From Deltaproteobacteria bacterium (GTDB lineage Bacteria > Myxococcota > Kuafuiibacteriia > Kuafuiibacteriales > Kuafuiibacteriaceae): DNA of 64,000 bases. The stretch spans positions 224,001 to 288,000 of the forward strand of contig JAVJQW010000011.1 of the NCBI GenBank assembly GCA_040218735.1. Reading direction: 5' to 3'. A program made the translations under genes and the position numbers. Every line of letters begins with the position of its first letter. Position 1 is the stretch's first letter. This document shows positions 24,958-34,832 of this stretch, one piece after another. Under the pieces are notes generated by a model. The model saw nothing but the letters and a program-made list of their open reading frames with translations, had not been told where the DNA came from and did no database searches.

Positions 24958-27090
24958 TCATGCCAGGCTGCGGCGTCCGACCTCGCGGCGCCCGACGACC
25001 CATTCGATGGACGCGATGGCGAGCATCATCAACGCGATGAGCACGGAGCTGTAGGCGATGGCGGGGCCGTAATCGCCGTTTTCCACGCGGCCGAGGATGT
25101 ACGTCGTCGCGAGGTTGTGGTCCGCGCTGACGAGGAAGATGACGGCGCTGACCGCCGTCATCGCGCGGACGAATCCGTAGACGAGCGCGGCGACGAGCGC
25201 GGGACGTAACAGCGGGAGCACGACACGCCGCACGGTGCCGAACGCCGTGGCGCCGAGCGTGAGGGAGGCTTCGTCGAGGCTGCCGTCGATCTGCGAGAGC
25301 GTCGCGAGCCCGGCGCGCACGCCGACCGGCATGTTGCGGAAGACAAAACACGCCACGAGGATGACGGCGCTGCCGGTGAGCTCGATCGGCGGCACGTTGA
25401 ACGCGAGCACGTAGCTCACGCCGATCACGGTGCCGGGGATCGCAAACGAGAGCATCGTGCCGAGCTCGAACGCCGCGTGTCCGGCGAAGCGCTGACGCGC
25501 GAGGAGGTACGCGGTCGCGAGGCCGATGAGCGCGGTGAGCGGCGCGGCGACCGCGGCGATGCCAACGGTGGTGAACAGCGAGTCCCAAGCGCCGCCGACG
25601 AGCTGCAGGTCGTTCGTCACCGCGAAGACGTCAGCGTAGTGCTCGAACGTCAGCGTGTGGTCGCGACCCCAGATGCGAACGAAGCCGCCGAACACGATCA
25701 TGCCGTAGACGATCGCCGTGAAGACGGTCCACGGGATCGCGACGCCGCGGACGAGCGCATCGAGCGGGCGCGGGAGCGGGCACGGCGCGCCCGCGTCGGC
25801 CTTGCCGGTGACGGTGGTGTACGACTTCTTCCCGACCCAACGACGCTGCAGGAAGAAGGCGGCGAGGGTGAAAGTGAGGAGCAGGATCGCGAGGGCCGCC
25901 GCACGCGACAGATCACTCTGCGCGCCGGCGACCGCGAAGTAGATCTCGGTGGCGAGCACGTCGTCGTCGCCGCCGAGCACGAGCGGGTTGCCGAAGTCGG
26001 CGAGGCTCTCGATGAACCCGAGCAGGAACGCGTTTGCGAGTCCCGGGCGCATCAGCGGGAGCGACACGGTGCGGAAGGTCGCGAAGCGGTCGGCGCGGAG
26101 GGTCTGCGCGGCTTCCTCCATCGACGGGCTGACGCCCTCGACGACGCCGATGAGCACCATGAACGCGATGGGCGTGAACGACAGGATCTGCGCGAGCAGC
26201 ACGCCCGCGAACCCGAAGATGTAGCGCGTGGGCGGGACGCCGAACGTCTCGGCGACCCAGGTCGTGACCGCGCCCGCGCGGCCGAAGAGGAGGATCAACG
26301 CCAGCCCGATCACAAACGGAGGCGTGATCACCGGCAGCACCGTCAGCGCCCGCATGATTCGTTTGAAGCGAAAGCTGGTGCGCGTCACGAGGAGCGCGAA
26401 GCAGAAGCCGAGGAGCGTGGAGCCGAACCCTGCGCAGAGCGCGAGGAGCAGCGAGCGGAGCGCGACGCGCCAGACGCGTGCCGAGGCGAGGTTGTCGAAC
26501 AGGAGCAGCGGGGACACGACGCCGTCCGAGGTCTCGAACGCGCGCGCGAGGATCTTCACGACGGGGAAGAAGACGAACACGCCGACGGAGGCGACGATCA
26601 GGAGGAGCGTCGTGACGACGAAGGTGTCGCCGCGGACGAAGCCGCGCGCCGCGAGCCCGTACGCGACGTAGCAGACGAACACGGTGTGCACGACGAGCGC
26701 GCCGGCGCCCATGCCGTACTGTTTGACGCCGAGCGGACCGAGCCACGCGTCGAACGACTCGGGGCCCCACCCGAGCGGACCGATCAAGACGCCCTGCCCC
26801 AACCCGAGCGCGAGCCCCAGCGCGCCGCTCGCGAGCCACACGCGCGCGGCGCGTGCTTCCGAGCGTGGACGCTTCACGACGAACAGCGGCGCGAGGATCG
26901 GCGGGAGGAGGACGACCAACCAGGTCTTGCCGAAGTGCACGACCTGCCACGGCGCGGGCGCCAGCTCGTGGTCCACGGGATAGAACGCGAGGAGCGCCGG
27001 ATCGAAGAGCCCGTCCTCGACGGCGTACCAAGGCAACAGCGCGTAGGCGACGATCGCGACCAACACCAGGGGTAGCGCGCGCGCCCGCAC
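24958..27090 (-). CDS. ABC transporter permease with two BPD_transp_1 domains, AfuB/FbpB type
   Basis: ITPPFVIGLA, MEEAAQTL, LADFGNPLV, LDEASLTLGA. Start is approximate. Confidence 0.92.
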   Translation of the reverse strand: MRARALPLVLVAIVAYALLPWYAVEDGLFDPALLAFYPVDHELAPAPWQVVHFGKTWLVVLLPPILAPLFVVKRPRSEARAARVWLASGALGLALGLGQGVLIGPLGWGPESFDAWLGPLGVKQYGMGAGALVVHTVFVCYVAYGLAARGFVRGDTFVVTTLLLIVASVGVFVFFPVVKILARAFETSDGVVSPLLLFDNLASARVWRVALRSLLLALCAGFGSTLLGFCFALLVTRTSFRFKRIMRALTVLPVITPPFVIGLALILLFGRAGAVTTWVAETFGVPPTRYIFGFAGVLLAQILSFTPIAFMVLIGVVEGVSPSMEEAAQTLRADRFATFRTVSLPLMRPGLANAFLLGFIESLADFGNPLVLGGDDDVLATEIYFAVAGAQSDLSRAAALAILLLTFTLAAFFLQRRWVGKKSYTTVTGKADAGAPCPLPRPLDALVRGVAIPWTVFTAIVYGMIVFGGFVRIWGRDHTLTFEHYADVFAVTNDLQLVGGAWDSLFTTVGIAAVAAPLTALIGLATAYLLARQRFAGHAAFELGTMLSFAIPGTVIGVSYVLAFNVPPIELTGSAVILVACFVFRNMPVGVRAGLATLSQIDGSLDEASLTLGATAFGTVRRVVLPLLRPALVAALVYGFVRAMTAVSAVIFLVSADHNLATTYILGRVENGDYGPAIAYSSVLIALMMLAIASIEWVVGRREVGRRSLA

Positions 27091-27237
27091 GCCAGCACGG
27101 GTACCACCGCGCACCGCCGCAAGCGAAGCGCGCAGCGCGCCGAAGGCGCGCGAAGGGGCCGCGGGACCGGCTTGCCGGACCGCGAACGGCCCAGACCGGC
27201 CGTTGACGGCGCGTGTTGCGCCGCGGAGGCTGATTGC

Positions 27238-28131
27238 GTGAGGACACTCTCGATCGCCGCCGCCCTGCTCTTTACGGTCGCCTGCCAGCGCGTGCAGGCC
27301 GAGACCCGGTTCCCTTCCTCGACGAAGGCCGACTTCGGCGCGTACTGGAACCAGGGCAAGGCGGAGGTCACCAGCTACGCGCTGTCGCAGGCGCGGTACG
27401 GCGAGCTGCACGAGGGGCACGCCGTCCTCGTCTTCGTGACCGAGCCGTTCTCGGCCGACAAACAGGTGAAGTTGGATCGCCCAGGTCCCGGCGCGGTGCC
27501 GGTGCTGAAGCTGAACTTCACGCGTAAGTTCAACACCGGCGTGTACCCGTACTCGATGATGACCTCGGTCTTCTCACCGACGTCGGGCGAGCGCGCGATC
27601 AAGGTGACGTCGTCGTCGCAGGAGTGGTGCGGCCACACGTTCTTCCAGCTCAACCAGCGCCCGAAGGGGTACGCGGGGCGGTTGTTCTCCTACTTCGAGA
27701 GCGAGGGGGACCAGACGTTCGAGGTGCCCGTCGATCTGATCGAAGACGAGCTCTGGACGCGTATCCGGATCGCGCCGGAGCGTTTGCCGCAGGGTGAAGT
27801 GACGGTGTTGCCGGGCGCGACGCACCTTCGCTTGCGACATTTGTCTGCGCGGCCCGCGAAGGCGATCGCGAGCGTCGAGGACGGTCCAGACGGAACGCGC
27901 GTCTTTCGTTTGAAGTACACGTCGATCGATCGCGAGCTCGCGATCACCTTCGAGGCGGCGGCTCCGTACCAAATTCAGGGGTGGACGGAGCGCTACGTCA
28001 GCGGCTGGGGTCCCTCGGCGGAGACGCTCACAACGACCGCGAAAGTGAAACAGCGCCTGATGTCCGACTACTGGAACCGACACGGAAACGCGGATCGCGG
28101 GCTGCGAAAGCAGCTCGGCCTGCCCGAGTAA
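27238..28131 (+). CDS. Conserved hypothetical lipoprotein
   Basis: Lipobox TVAC. YWNQGKAE, QARYGE, FVTEPF, QEWCGH and YFESEG look like conserved blocks. Function unknown. Confidence 0.75.
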   Translation: MRTLSIAAALLFTVACQRVQAETRFPSSTKADFGAYWNQGKAEVTSYALSQARYGELHEGHAVLVFVTEPFSADKQVKLDRPGPGAVPVLKLNFTRKFNTGVYPYSMMTSVFSPTSGERAIKVTSSSQEWCGHTFFQLNQRPKGYAGRLFSYFESEGDQTFEVPVDLIEDELWTRIRIAPERLPQGEVTVLPGATHLRLRHLSARPAKAIASVEDGPDGTRVFRLKYTSIDRELAITFEAAAPYQIQGWTERYVSGWGPSAETLTTTAKVKQRLMSDYWNRHGNADRGLRKQLGLPE

Positions 28132-28169
28132 CGCGTAACGCTCTCGCTGACCGCCGTACTTCACATGAA

Positions 28170-29966
28170 GTGACGGTGGAGCGCATCGTCGATGGGAAGT
28201 ACCGCGTCGGCCCACTCGTGGGTCGCGGCGCGATGGGATCCGTCTACCGCGCCCGGCACGTCCTTACCCAGGTCGAGGTCGCGCTCAAGCTCGTCCCGCC
28301 CAACGTCGCGCTGACGCCGCAGGGGCAGGAGCGCTTCAAGCGCGAGGTCGCGATCGCGGCGCTCGTCGGGCACCCGGGGATCGTTCGTGTCCTCGACGCG
28401 GGCGTCGACCCGGCGGACCAGACCCACTACGTGGTGATGGAGCACCTCGTCGGTGAGGACCTCGCGGCGCGTGCGCTGCGCGATGACTTCACGGTCGCCG
28501 ACGGCGTCACCGCGGTTCGCACCGCGCTCGACCCGCTCGCCGCCGCCCACCAACACGGCGTCGTCCACCGCGACCTGAAGCCGGAGAACATCTTCCTGCA
28601 CGCGGCCGACGACGGGCCGATGCAAGTCAAGTTGCTCGACTTCGGCATCGCGCGCGATCGCAAGTTCACGAACACCGTCACCGCCGAAGACGTCGCGCTC
28701 GGGACGCCGAACTACATGAGCCCCGAGCAGGCGACGAACGCACGCTCGGTGACCCCCGCGAGCGACGTGTGGTCGATGGGTGTCCTGCTCTATTGGCTCC
28801 TCGCCGGGCACCTCCCCTTCGAACGCGACAACGCCTTCCTCACGCTACGCGCGGTCTGCTCCGAGGCGCCCCGACCGATCGCGATGGTGGGCGGCCCCGC
28901 GACGCAGGCGCTGGTCGACCTGACGTTGCGGTGCCTCGACAAGGATCCGCTGCGCCGTCCGCAGGACGCCGCGGCGCTCGCCGCCGCGCTCGACGAGGTG
29001 CTCGGCATCTTCCGCGCGGCGTCGTCCCAGGAGTCAGCCGGGTATCGCGAACCGACGACGACGCTGGAGATGACGCCCGGCCCGGCCGCCGACCGCGCGC
29101 CGACCGGAGAACGCCCGCCCGCCGCGCCGATCCTGAACGCACCGACCGAGCCGAGCGCCGCGCCCCTGCTGCTCGCGACCCCGCAGCCCCCCGCGCCAAC
29201 GCGGCGCGCGGCTTCGTTCGCGGCGATCGCGGTGGTGTTGTTCGCGACGTCGACGGGGCTGGGGTGGTGGTGGGTGCAGGCGCCAAAGACGGAGGTCGCG
29301 GCGATGGAGACCCAGGTGACGGCGTTCCCGCCGGGTGGGGCGTCCGGGTCCGGGTCCGGGTCCGGGTCCGAATCCGCGTCCGCGTCCGCGTCCGAGTCGG
29401 AATCCGCGTCTGAATCCGAGTCCGCGTCCGAGTCGGAATCCGCGTCCGAATCCGAATCCGCGTCGGCGTCCGCGTCCGAATCCGAATCCGAGTCGGAGTC
29501 CGCGTCCGAAGCCGGGACCCGGACCGGAACCGGGACCCGGACCGGAACCGGGACCGAAGCCGGGACCCGGACCGGAACCGGGACCCGGACCGGGAGGGTC
29601 TCTCGGGAGGTCGAGCTCGTCCCGCCCCGCAAGCGCCGCGCGCGCCGGCGACGCCGTCAGCCCCAGCCTGCCCCGATAACGGTGATCGAGCCCGTCGCGA
29701 TCGCCGAGCCCGTCGCCGTCGAGGACGACGCCCCCGCGCTCGACGTGCCCGCGCTCGACGTGCCCGCGCCCGAGGAGACGCGCGAAGAAGCCGCCGTCGA
29801 GCCCGACGCGGGGCAGCGCGCCGAGGTCGAGCCGCCGCGCGACGCCGGCGCTCCGCCGAAGAAGATCGCCCCGCCGCCGCCGAAACCCGCCGCCGCGCCC
29901 CGCGATGCGGGTCCCCCCGCGAGGGCCGCACCCGTCGAAGACGACAACCCGTTCGTGACGTTCTGA
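28170..29966 (+). CDS. Membrane Ser/Thr protein kinase with low-complexity extracytoplasmic tail
   Basis: [37 protein letters not shown], one TM segment. Confidence 0.93.
   Translation: MTVERIVDGKYRVGPLVGRGAMGSVYRARHVLTQVEVALKLVPPNVALTPQGQERFKREVAIAALVGHPGIVRVLDAGVDPADQTHYVVMEHLVGEDLAARALRDDFTVADGVTAVRTALDPLAAAHQHGVVHRDLKPENIFLHAADDGPMQVKLLDFGIARDRKFTNTVTAEDVALGTPNYMSPEQATNARSVTPASDVWSMGVLLYWLLAGHLPFERDNAFLTLRAVCSEAPRPIAMVGGPATQALVDLTLRCLDKDPLRRPQDAAALAAALDEVLGIFRAASSQESAGYREPTTTLEMTPGPAADRAPTGERPPAAPILNAPTEPSAAPLLLATPQPPAPTRRAASFAAIAVVLFATSTGLGWWWVQAPKTEVAAMETQVTAFPPGGASGSGSGSGSESASASASESESASESESASESESASESESASASASESESESESASEAGTRTGTGTRTGTGTEAGTRTGTGTRTGRVSREVELVPPRKRRARRRRRQPQPAPITVIEPVAIAEPVAVEDDAPALDVPALDVPAPEETREEAAVEPDAGQRAEVEPPRDAGAPPKKIAPPPPKPAAAPRDAGPPARAAPVEDDNPFVTF
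29343..29592 (+). repeat. Intragenic hexamer-based tandem repeats encoding (SG)n, (SE/SA)n and (GTRT/GTGT)n
   Basis: TCCGGG x4, then TCCGAA/TCCGCG/TCGGAA units, then GGGACCCGGACCGGAACC units. Confidence 0.9.
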
Positions 29967-29970
29967 TCCC

Positions 29971-31038
29971 ATGCGCCGCTCGATCCTCACCGCCCTCACC
30001 CTCGCCATGGCGTTCTCGAGCGTGCGCGCACAGGCCTCCCCGTGGACGCTCCCGCAGGGCCACGCCGTGCTGATGGGCGGCCTCGACTTCGCTGTGACGA
30101 GCCGCGAGTTCATCGACCGCGGCCCCGAGCGTAACTTCCCGCTCGCCGGTCGCTACACCGGGACGTCGCTGCGCATCGGCGGGCGCTTCGGGCTCACGGA
30201 TCGCCTCGAGCTCGAAGCGTCGCTCCCGTTCCGCTTCGTCGCGTACACGTCCGACCCGATCATCCTCGTGCCGCGCCCGGCGGGCGTCGAGGACGAGCTC
30301 GACTACTACCAACGCAACGTCGTGGACTTCTCCCGCTCGGGCGCGGGGATCGGCGACCTCGACCTGTCGGGTCGCTACCGCTGGACCACGGGTCGCTTCG
30401 CGCTCGCGACCGAGGTCCGCATCAAGACCCCGACCGGCTACCGCGGACCCGAGGGCACGTTCGGCACCGAGCCGACGACGACGGAAGACTTCATGGCGCA
30501 GGCCGGCGACCTCGTTCGCCCTTCGAACGTCCGCGACGACGTCACCCTCGGCGACGGCCAGATGGACGTGTCGGCCTCGATGCTCGCGGGCGTCGCGACC
30601 TCGTTCGGCCTCTTCGCGCGCGGCGCCGCCGGTTACAAACTACGCCTCGGCGGCGCTGGTGATCAGGTGATCGGCGACCTGCGCGTCGGCCAAGCGATCG
30701 GCCGACGGTTCCTCCTGTACGTGTCCGGCACCGTCGCCTACAGCGTGCAGCGCGGGCGCGTCGTCGGCATCAGCGCGAGCGCGGTGGATCCGGATCTACC
30801 GGCGACGGCCTACGCCGACAACGACAACATCCTGCTCATCGAACGACGCCTCGAGTTCGACGCCGTGGACGTCGGCGCCGGGTTCATCTGGCGCATGGCG
30901 GACACCGTCGAGCTCAACGCCGGGTATCAGCGCACGGTGTGGGGGCGGTTCCTCGCGGCGTCGAACGTGCTCGCGGTGAGCGTCGCGCTCCGGATGGATC
31001 TGACGAAGGACGCTACCGACCCGAACAGAACGCGTTGA
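29971..31038 (+). CDS. Secreted outer-membrane beta-barrel (transporter/MetA-like) protein
   Basis: Signal peptide ending AQA. GIGDLDL, KTPTG and LGDGQMD are typical of this barrel type. Confidence 0.6.
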   Translation: MRRSILTALTLAMAFSSVRAQASPWTLPQGHAVLMGGLDFAVTSREFIDRGPERNFPLAGRYTGTSLRIGGRFGLTDRLELEASLPFRFVAYTSDPIILVPRPAGVEDELDYYQRNVVDFSRSGAGIGDLDLSGRYRWTTGRFALATEVRIKTPTGYRGPEGTFGTEPTTTEDFMAQAGDLVRPSNVRDDVTLGDGQMDVSASMLAGVATSFGLFARGAAGYKLRLGGAGDQVIGDLRVGQAIGRRFLLYVSGTVAYSVQRGRVVGISASAVDPDLPATAYADNDNILLIERRLEFDAVDVGAGFIWRMADTVELNAGYQRTVWGRFLAASNVLAVSVALRMDLTKDATDPNRTR

Positions 31039-32482
31039 TCTGCGCGTCCGGCATACCGCGTTCGATGCTCGGCAGGTTCGGCGTGCGGCGGCACCGCCAC
31101 GACGTCGCGTCGCGCGGCGGCTGCGTGCACTTGCCGAGCACGACCGGCGTCTGATCGCGGAACGCACCGTCGGAGGCGCGCAGACACATCGACGGATCGC
31201 GCTCGGAGCGAATCACGCCGTTGCGCGTGTCGAACACGAAGCGTTTGTCGTCGGGGTTGCTCTTGTTGCGGCACGTATCGAAGTACACGAGCCCCGCCCG
31301 CGACGCCCACAGGCACTTCGTCGGATCGTCGTAGGCGCGAATCACGTTGCGACCGCGGTGATAGATGAACCCCTGCGCCCCGCCGCGGTTCGGCATGCAG
31401 CGCTTCACCATCAGCGACTGACTCGGTCCCCAAGCGCGCGGGCGCTTGTGCAGACACACGCCCTGCTTCGCGATCGCCTGAATCTGAATGGGCCCGAAGC
31501 GCTCACCCTTGCCGCGGCGCCCCTCACGACGCTCGCGTCCGTCACGGTTGTCATCACCGGGGTTGCCGCTCGCGCCCGGGTCCACCGGGCGCCCCTTACC
31601 GGGGACCGCCCCCGGGAGCTTGAGACCTACGGTCGGGCGACCCGTCGGCGCGTTGGGCGCGTACATCTGCGCGGGGTCGACGGACAGGACGTTGATGAGG
31701 AGCCCGTCGGGCAGCTCCGCGCGGCTCTCGTTGAAGACCCACCACTCGCCGCGATCGAACCAGAGTCCGATGTCGTTGGTGTTGTACGGCGTGCCCTTGC
31801 CGTAGGCCTGGGTGACAAAGAGCTTGGCGTTGTTGTTCTTCAGCCCGAGCGCGCTGATGTGTTTGCCCGCGTTGTGCCGCTTCGTCGCCCCGGTCACCTT
31901 GTGCACGCGGACGTCCCACGCCGCGGGGGAGCCTCCGCGACCGGCGACGAGGACGTTGAACAACGCGCCGGCGCGCATCGCCTTGCGGTCCTGGTTGTAG
32001 ATCGTCCACTGGCTGCCGTTCCACCACACCCCGAGCGGGTCGCTCTGGCGTGGACCGAGGACCGGCGTCACGATCGGCATCACCCGCGGGTTGCCCTTGA
32101 TCGCGGGGTGCTCGAGCACCGTCTGGTTGGCGCGGATGTTCGCCTTCGTAGCGCGGTGCTGGAACGCACCGGGAGCGTCGGGCGGCAGCACGAGGACGTT
32201 GAACTGCGTGCCGTGCGGGATCGGCTTCTTGTTCATCGTCGCGATGGACCAGCGCCCGTTCCGGAAGACGACGCCGACCGGCGCCGGGAGATAGCTGCCG
32301 TACACCTGAGACACAAAGACCCGCGCGTCACGTTGGCCGTCCACGGCGGGGTGCCTGAGCTGGGTCTTGTCACCCTTGGTCACCCCCGGCGAAGCGGTGT
32401 GGACGAAGACCTGGGCGGCGAAAGCGTCGGTCGAAGCAAACGCGGTGACGAGGAGGAGCGCGGCTGGGCAGCGATGGAGCAT
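31013..32482 (-). CDS. Secreted protein with three internal repeats and a C-terminal ricin-B-like lectin domain
   Basis: Signal peptide ending AFA, three (G.W...W.I.N....P.G..FNVL) repeats, Cys-containing beta-trefoil-like C-terminus. Confidence 0.7.
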   Translation of the reverse strand: MLHRCPAALLLVTAFASTDAFAAQVFVHTASPGVTKGDKTQLRHPAVDGQRDARVFVSQVYGSYLPAPVGVVFRNGRWSIATMNKKPIPHGTQFNVLVLPPDAPGAFQHRATKANIRANQTVLEHPAIKGNPRVMPIVTPVLGPRQSDPLGVWWNGSQWTIYNQDRKAMRAGALFNVLVAGRGGSPAAWDVRVHKVTGATKRHNAGKHISALGLKNNNAKLFVTQAYGKGTPYNTNDIGLWFDRGEWWVFNESRAELPDGLLINVLSVDPAQMYAPNAPTGRPTVGLKLPGAVPGKGRPVDPGASGNPGDDNRDGRERREGRRGKGERFGPIQIQAIAKQGVCLHKRPRAWGPSQSLMVKRCMPNRGGAQGFIYHRGRNVIRAYDDPTKCLWASRAGLVYFDTCRNKSNPDDKRFVFDTRNGVIRSERDPSMCLRASDGAFRDQTPVVLGKCTQPPRDATSWRCRRTPNLPSIERGMPDAQINAFCSGR

Positions 32483-32637
32483 GAGGAACCTCGAGTCTGG
32501 GCCGTTCGAGCGGGCCCGACATCGTCTAGAGCAGAAGTTGGGCTTTTCGTGAACCGTTGGACGGGTCCTCGGGCAGGACATTCATCGTCCGACGTTTCGC
32601 GATGACGACGCGCAGCAGGTGTGCGACCTTTCGCGCC

Positions 32638-32985
32638 ATGTCCCGGCTCGCGCTCGCCGCCGCCCTGATGCTCGCCGTCGTCGCGTGCTCGACCAAGACG
32701 CTCGAGGAAGAGTGCATCGACCTGTGCGACCGCGCAGAGCGGTGCGTCGAGGAGTACGACCAGGCGCGCTTCGACACCTGCGCCGAGGGGTGCCGCGCCG
32801 CGAGCGAAGAAGGGATGGCGTTCGTCGCCGACGGGACGATCACCCAGGCGTGTTTCGACACCAACACCGACGTCCTCAGCTGCTTCAACCGGCTCGACTG
32901 CCTCGAGCTGCAGATGTCCCTCACCTCCACGCCCGCGCGCTGCCGAGACGAGTTCAGGACGCGCGAAGAGATCTGCTCGGAGTAG
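32638..32985 (+). CDS. Small Cys-rich lipoprotein
   Basis: Lipobox VVAC followed by 10 further Cys in about 100 aa. Confidence 0.75.
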   Translation: MSRLALAAALMLAVVACSTKTLEEECIDLCDRAERCVEEYDQARFDTCAEGCRAASEEGMAFVADGTITQACFDTNTDVLSCFNRLDCLELQMSLTSTPARCRDEFRTREEICSE

Positions 32986-34005
32986 TCACTCGGCGCCGCG
33001 TACGTCGCGCTCGAAGCGCGACAACAGACGGCTGCGCTCCGACGCCTGACTGAAACGCTCGAAGTCGAAGTCGATCAGCTGCTCCGCCGGCACGATCGGC
33101 GCCTCCTTCGGCACGCGCGCCGTCCGGTTCGACGGGATCTGAAACGCCTTCACGCCCGCCCCCAGCTCCTGCGCCTCCTTCGACAACGCCCAGTCGAAGA
33201 ACGCCTTCGCCTCGTCCTCGTGACGCGCGCCGCGGACGAGGCTCATACACCCGATCTCGTAGCCGGTGCCCTCCTCGGGGACGACCATCTCGATCGGGAA
33301 GCCCGACGCGATCTGCGTCGCGACGTCGTGCAGGAAGACCACCCCCACGCCCGTCTCGCCCCGCGCGGCGGCGCGGATCGGGGCGGCGCCCGACTTGGTG
33401 TACTGGTTTACGTTGCGGTCGAGCTTCGCGAGGTAGTCGAAACCTTCGTCTTCGCCGAAGAGCTGAACGATCGTCGCGAGCGCGGTGTACGCGGTGCCCG
33501 AAGAGCTCGGGTTCGCGATCTGGATCTCCTTGTCGAGCTCCGGACGCAGCAGGTCCGCCCACCCGCGGGGCGGCGTGATGTTCTTCTTCGCGAGCCACTC
33601 GCGGTTGTAGCCGAACCCGAGCGCCCCCATGTAGACGCCGGTCGTCCGGTGCTCGCCGTGACCCGCGGGATCGACGGCCCAGGGGTGGAGCTCCGCGAGG
33701 CGCGGGGAGCGGTAGGTTTCGGTGAGGCCGGCGGCGGCGGCCTGGAAGTGGGTGTCGCCGGTGCCGCCCCACCACACGTCCCCCTTGGGGTTGCGGCGCT
33801 CGGCCACGAGCTGCGCGTAGGCCTCCCCGCTGCTCTTGCGGATCATCGAGACCCGCACGCCCGAGGTCTGCTCGTACGCCGACGACAGCGCTTCGCACCA
33901 CTCGTGCTGCGCGCTGCAGTAGAGGACGAGCTTCTTGGGCCGCGGCCGGTCCGACGGTTTACACGCCACGACGAGCAGCAGCGCCAAGAGCCAGCGTCTC
34001 ACCAC
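32986..34005 (-). CDS. ABC substrate-binding lipoprotein, AfuA-like (sugar-phosphate/Fe3+ family)
   Basis: Lipobox VVAC, DVWWGGTGD, ANPSSSGTAYT, YTKSG, FLHD, GTGYEIG. Confidence 0.9.
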   Translation of the reverse strand: MVRRWLLALLLVVACKPSDRPRPKKLVLYCSAQHEWCEALSSAYEQTSGVRVSMIRKSSGEAYAQLVAERRNPKGDVWWGGTGDTHFQAAAAGLTETYRSPRLAELHPWAVDPAGHGEHRTTGVYMGALGFGYNREWLAKKNITPPRGWADLLRPELDKEIQIANPSSSGTAYTALATIVQLFGEDEGFDYLAKLDRNVNQYTKSGAAPIRAAARGETGVGVVFLHDVATQIASGFPIEMVVPEEGTGYEIGCMSLVRGARHEDEAKAFFDWALSKEAQELGAGVKAFQIPSNRTARVPKEAPIVPAEQLIDFDFERFSQASERSRLLSRFERDVRGAE

Positions 34006-34832
34006 GTGACCTCGTCGAGCGACGTCACGACGGTGACCCGCTCGGGCGCGGGCGCGGTCTTCCTGCGCAACACCCAGAAGCCGCGCGAAGCCCCGAGCGC
34101 GAAGAGCGGCGCGATGTCGTCGGCGTAGCTGTCCCCCACCGCCCAGATCGTCTCGGGGGGGACGGGGTCGCAGCGTACGTCGGCGAGCACACGTTCGAAG
34201 AACGCGACGTGCGGTTTGCCGACCGGGTCGCCGATCGTGATGTCCTCGGGCGCCACCCCCGCGGCGACGACGCAGTCGAGGCGCGACATCTTCGTGCGAC
34301 GCGCGTGCTCCGAGTCGTAGCGGAACGTCCGCGCGGCGGCGTCGAAGGTGAGGTTGCCGTCGGAGTTCGTCGCAAGGTGCGCGTGCGCGCCCGCGTCGCG
34401 GACACGGCGCAGCGCGCGCGCGGCGTCGTCGAAGACCCGGCTCTCGTCGCGGAGGACGGCCCAGTAACGACCGACGGCCTCGTGCACGAACGCACCTTCG
34501 ACCTCGATCCCCTCCCGCTCGAGCGCAACCGCGAGCATCGTCTCGCGCGACCAGATCTTCAGGTCGTGACCGGCCTCGAGGACGCCGCGCTGCCAGCGTT
34601 GGATGTCGGCGACGAGCGCATCGAATTCGGCCGCGTCGTGCGCGGGGCCCGCGCGGAGCTTGGCGCGGAGGATGTCGTAGTGGGCGTCGAACCGCGCGGC
34701 GGCGCGTGCGCCGCGATCGCCGAAGGTGTCGACGAGCGTCGCCGTCACCGCTTCGACGGCGCGAGCCGCGAGCTGGTCCATGTCGACGAAGACGTCGTCG
34801 ACGTCGAAGATGACGAGTCGCGGCGGCGTCAC
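33999..34832 (-). CDS. HAD-superfamily hydrolase (phosphatase)
   Basis: Motif I FDVDD, motif II ATNS, GKP, motif IV VGDSYADD. GTGA overlap with the iolE stop. Confidence 0.85.
   Translation of the reverse strand: MTPPRLVIFDVDDVFVDMDQLAARAVEAVTATLVDTFGDRGARAAARFDAHYDILRAKLRAGPAHDAAEFDALVADIQRWQRGVLEAGHDLKIWSRETMLAVALEREGIEVEGAFVHEAVGRYWAVLRDESRVFDDAARALRRVRDAGAHAHLATNSDGNLTFDAAARTFRYDSEHARRTKMSRLDCVVAAGVAPEDITIGDPVGKPHVAFFERVLADVRCDPVPPETIWAVGDSYADDIAPLFALGASRGFWVLRRKTAPAPERVTVVTSLDEVTW

Noticed and set aside
22229-27090. Iron/haem uptake island (ChaN + 'Fe3+' ABC)
   Set aside because: ChaN is convergent, not co-transcribed, and the binding protein sits in the iol operon. An iron assignment is unsupported.
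27238-28131. Maf/septum-inhibitor label that I recall for similar proteins
   Set aside because: No Maf motifs (LASxSPRR) are present and it has a lipobox. Left as hypothetical.
28790-29632. Minus-strand ORF with DSDADS repeats resembling an SD-repeat adhesin, or a CRISPR-like array
   Set aside because: It is the reverse complement of the kinase low-complexity tract. There are no unique spacers and no cas genes.
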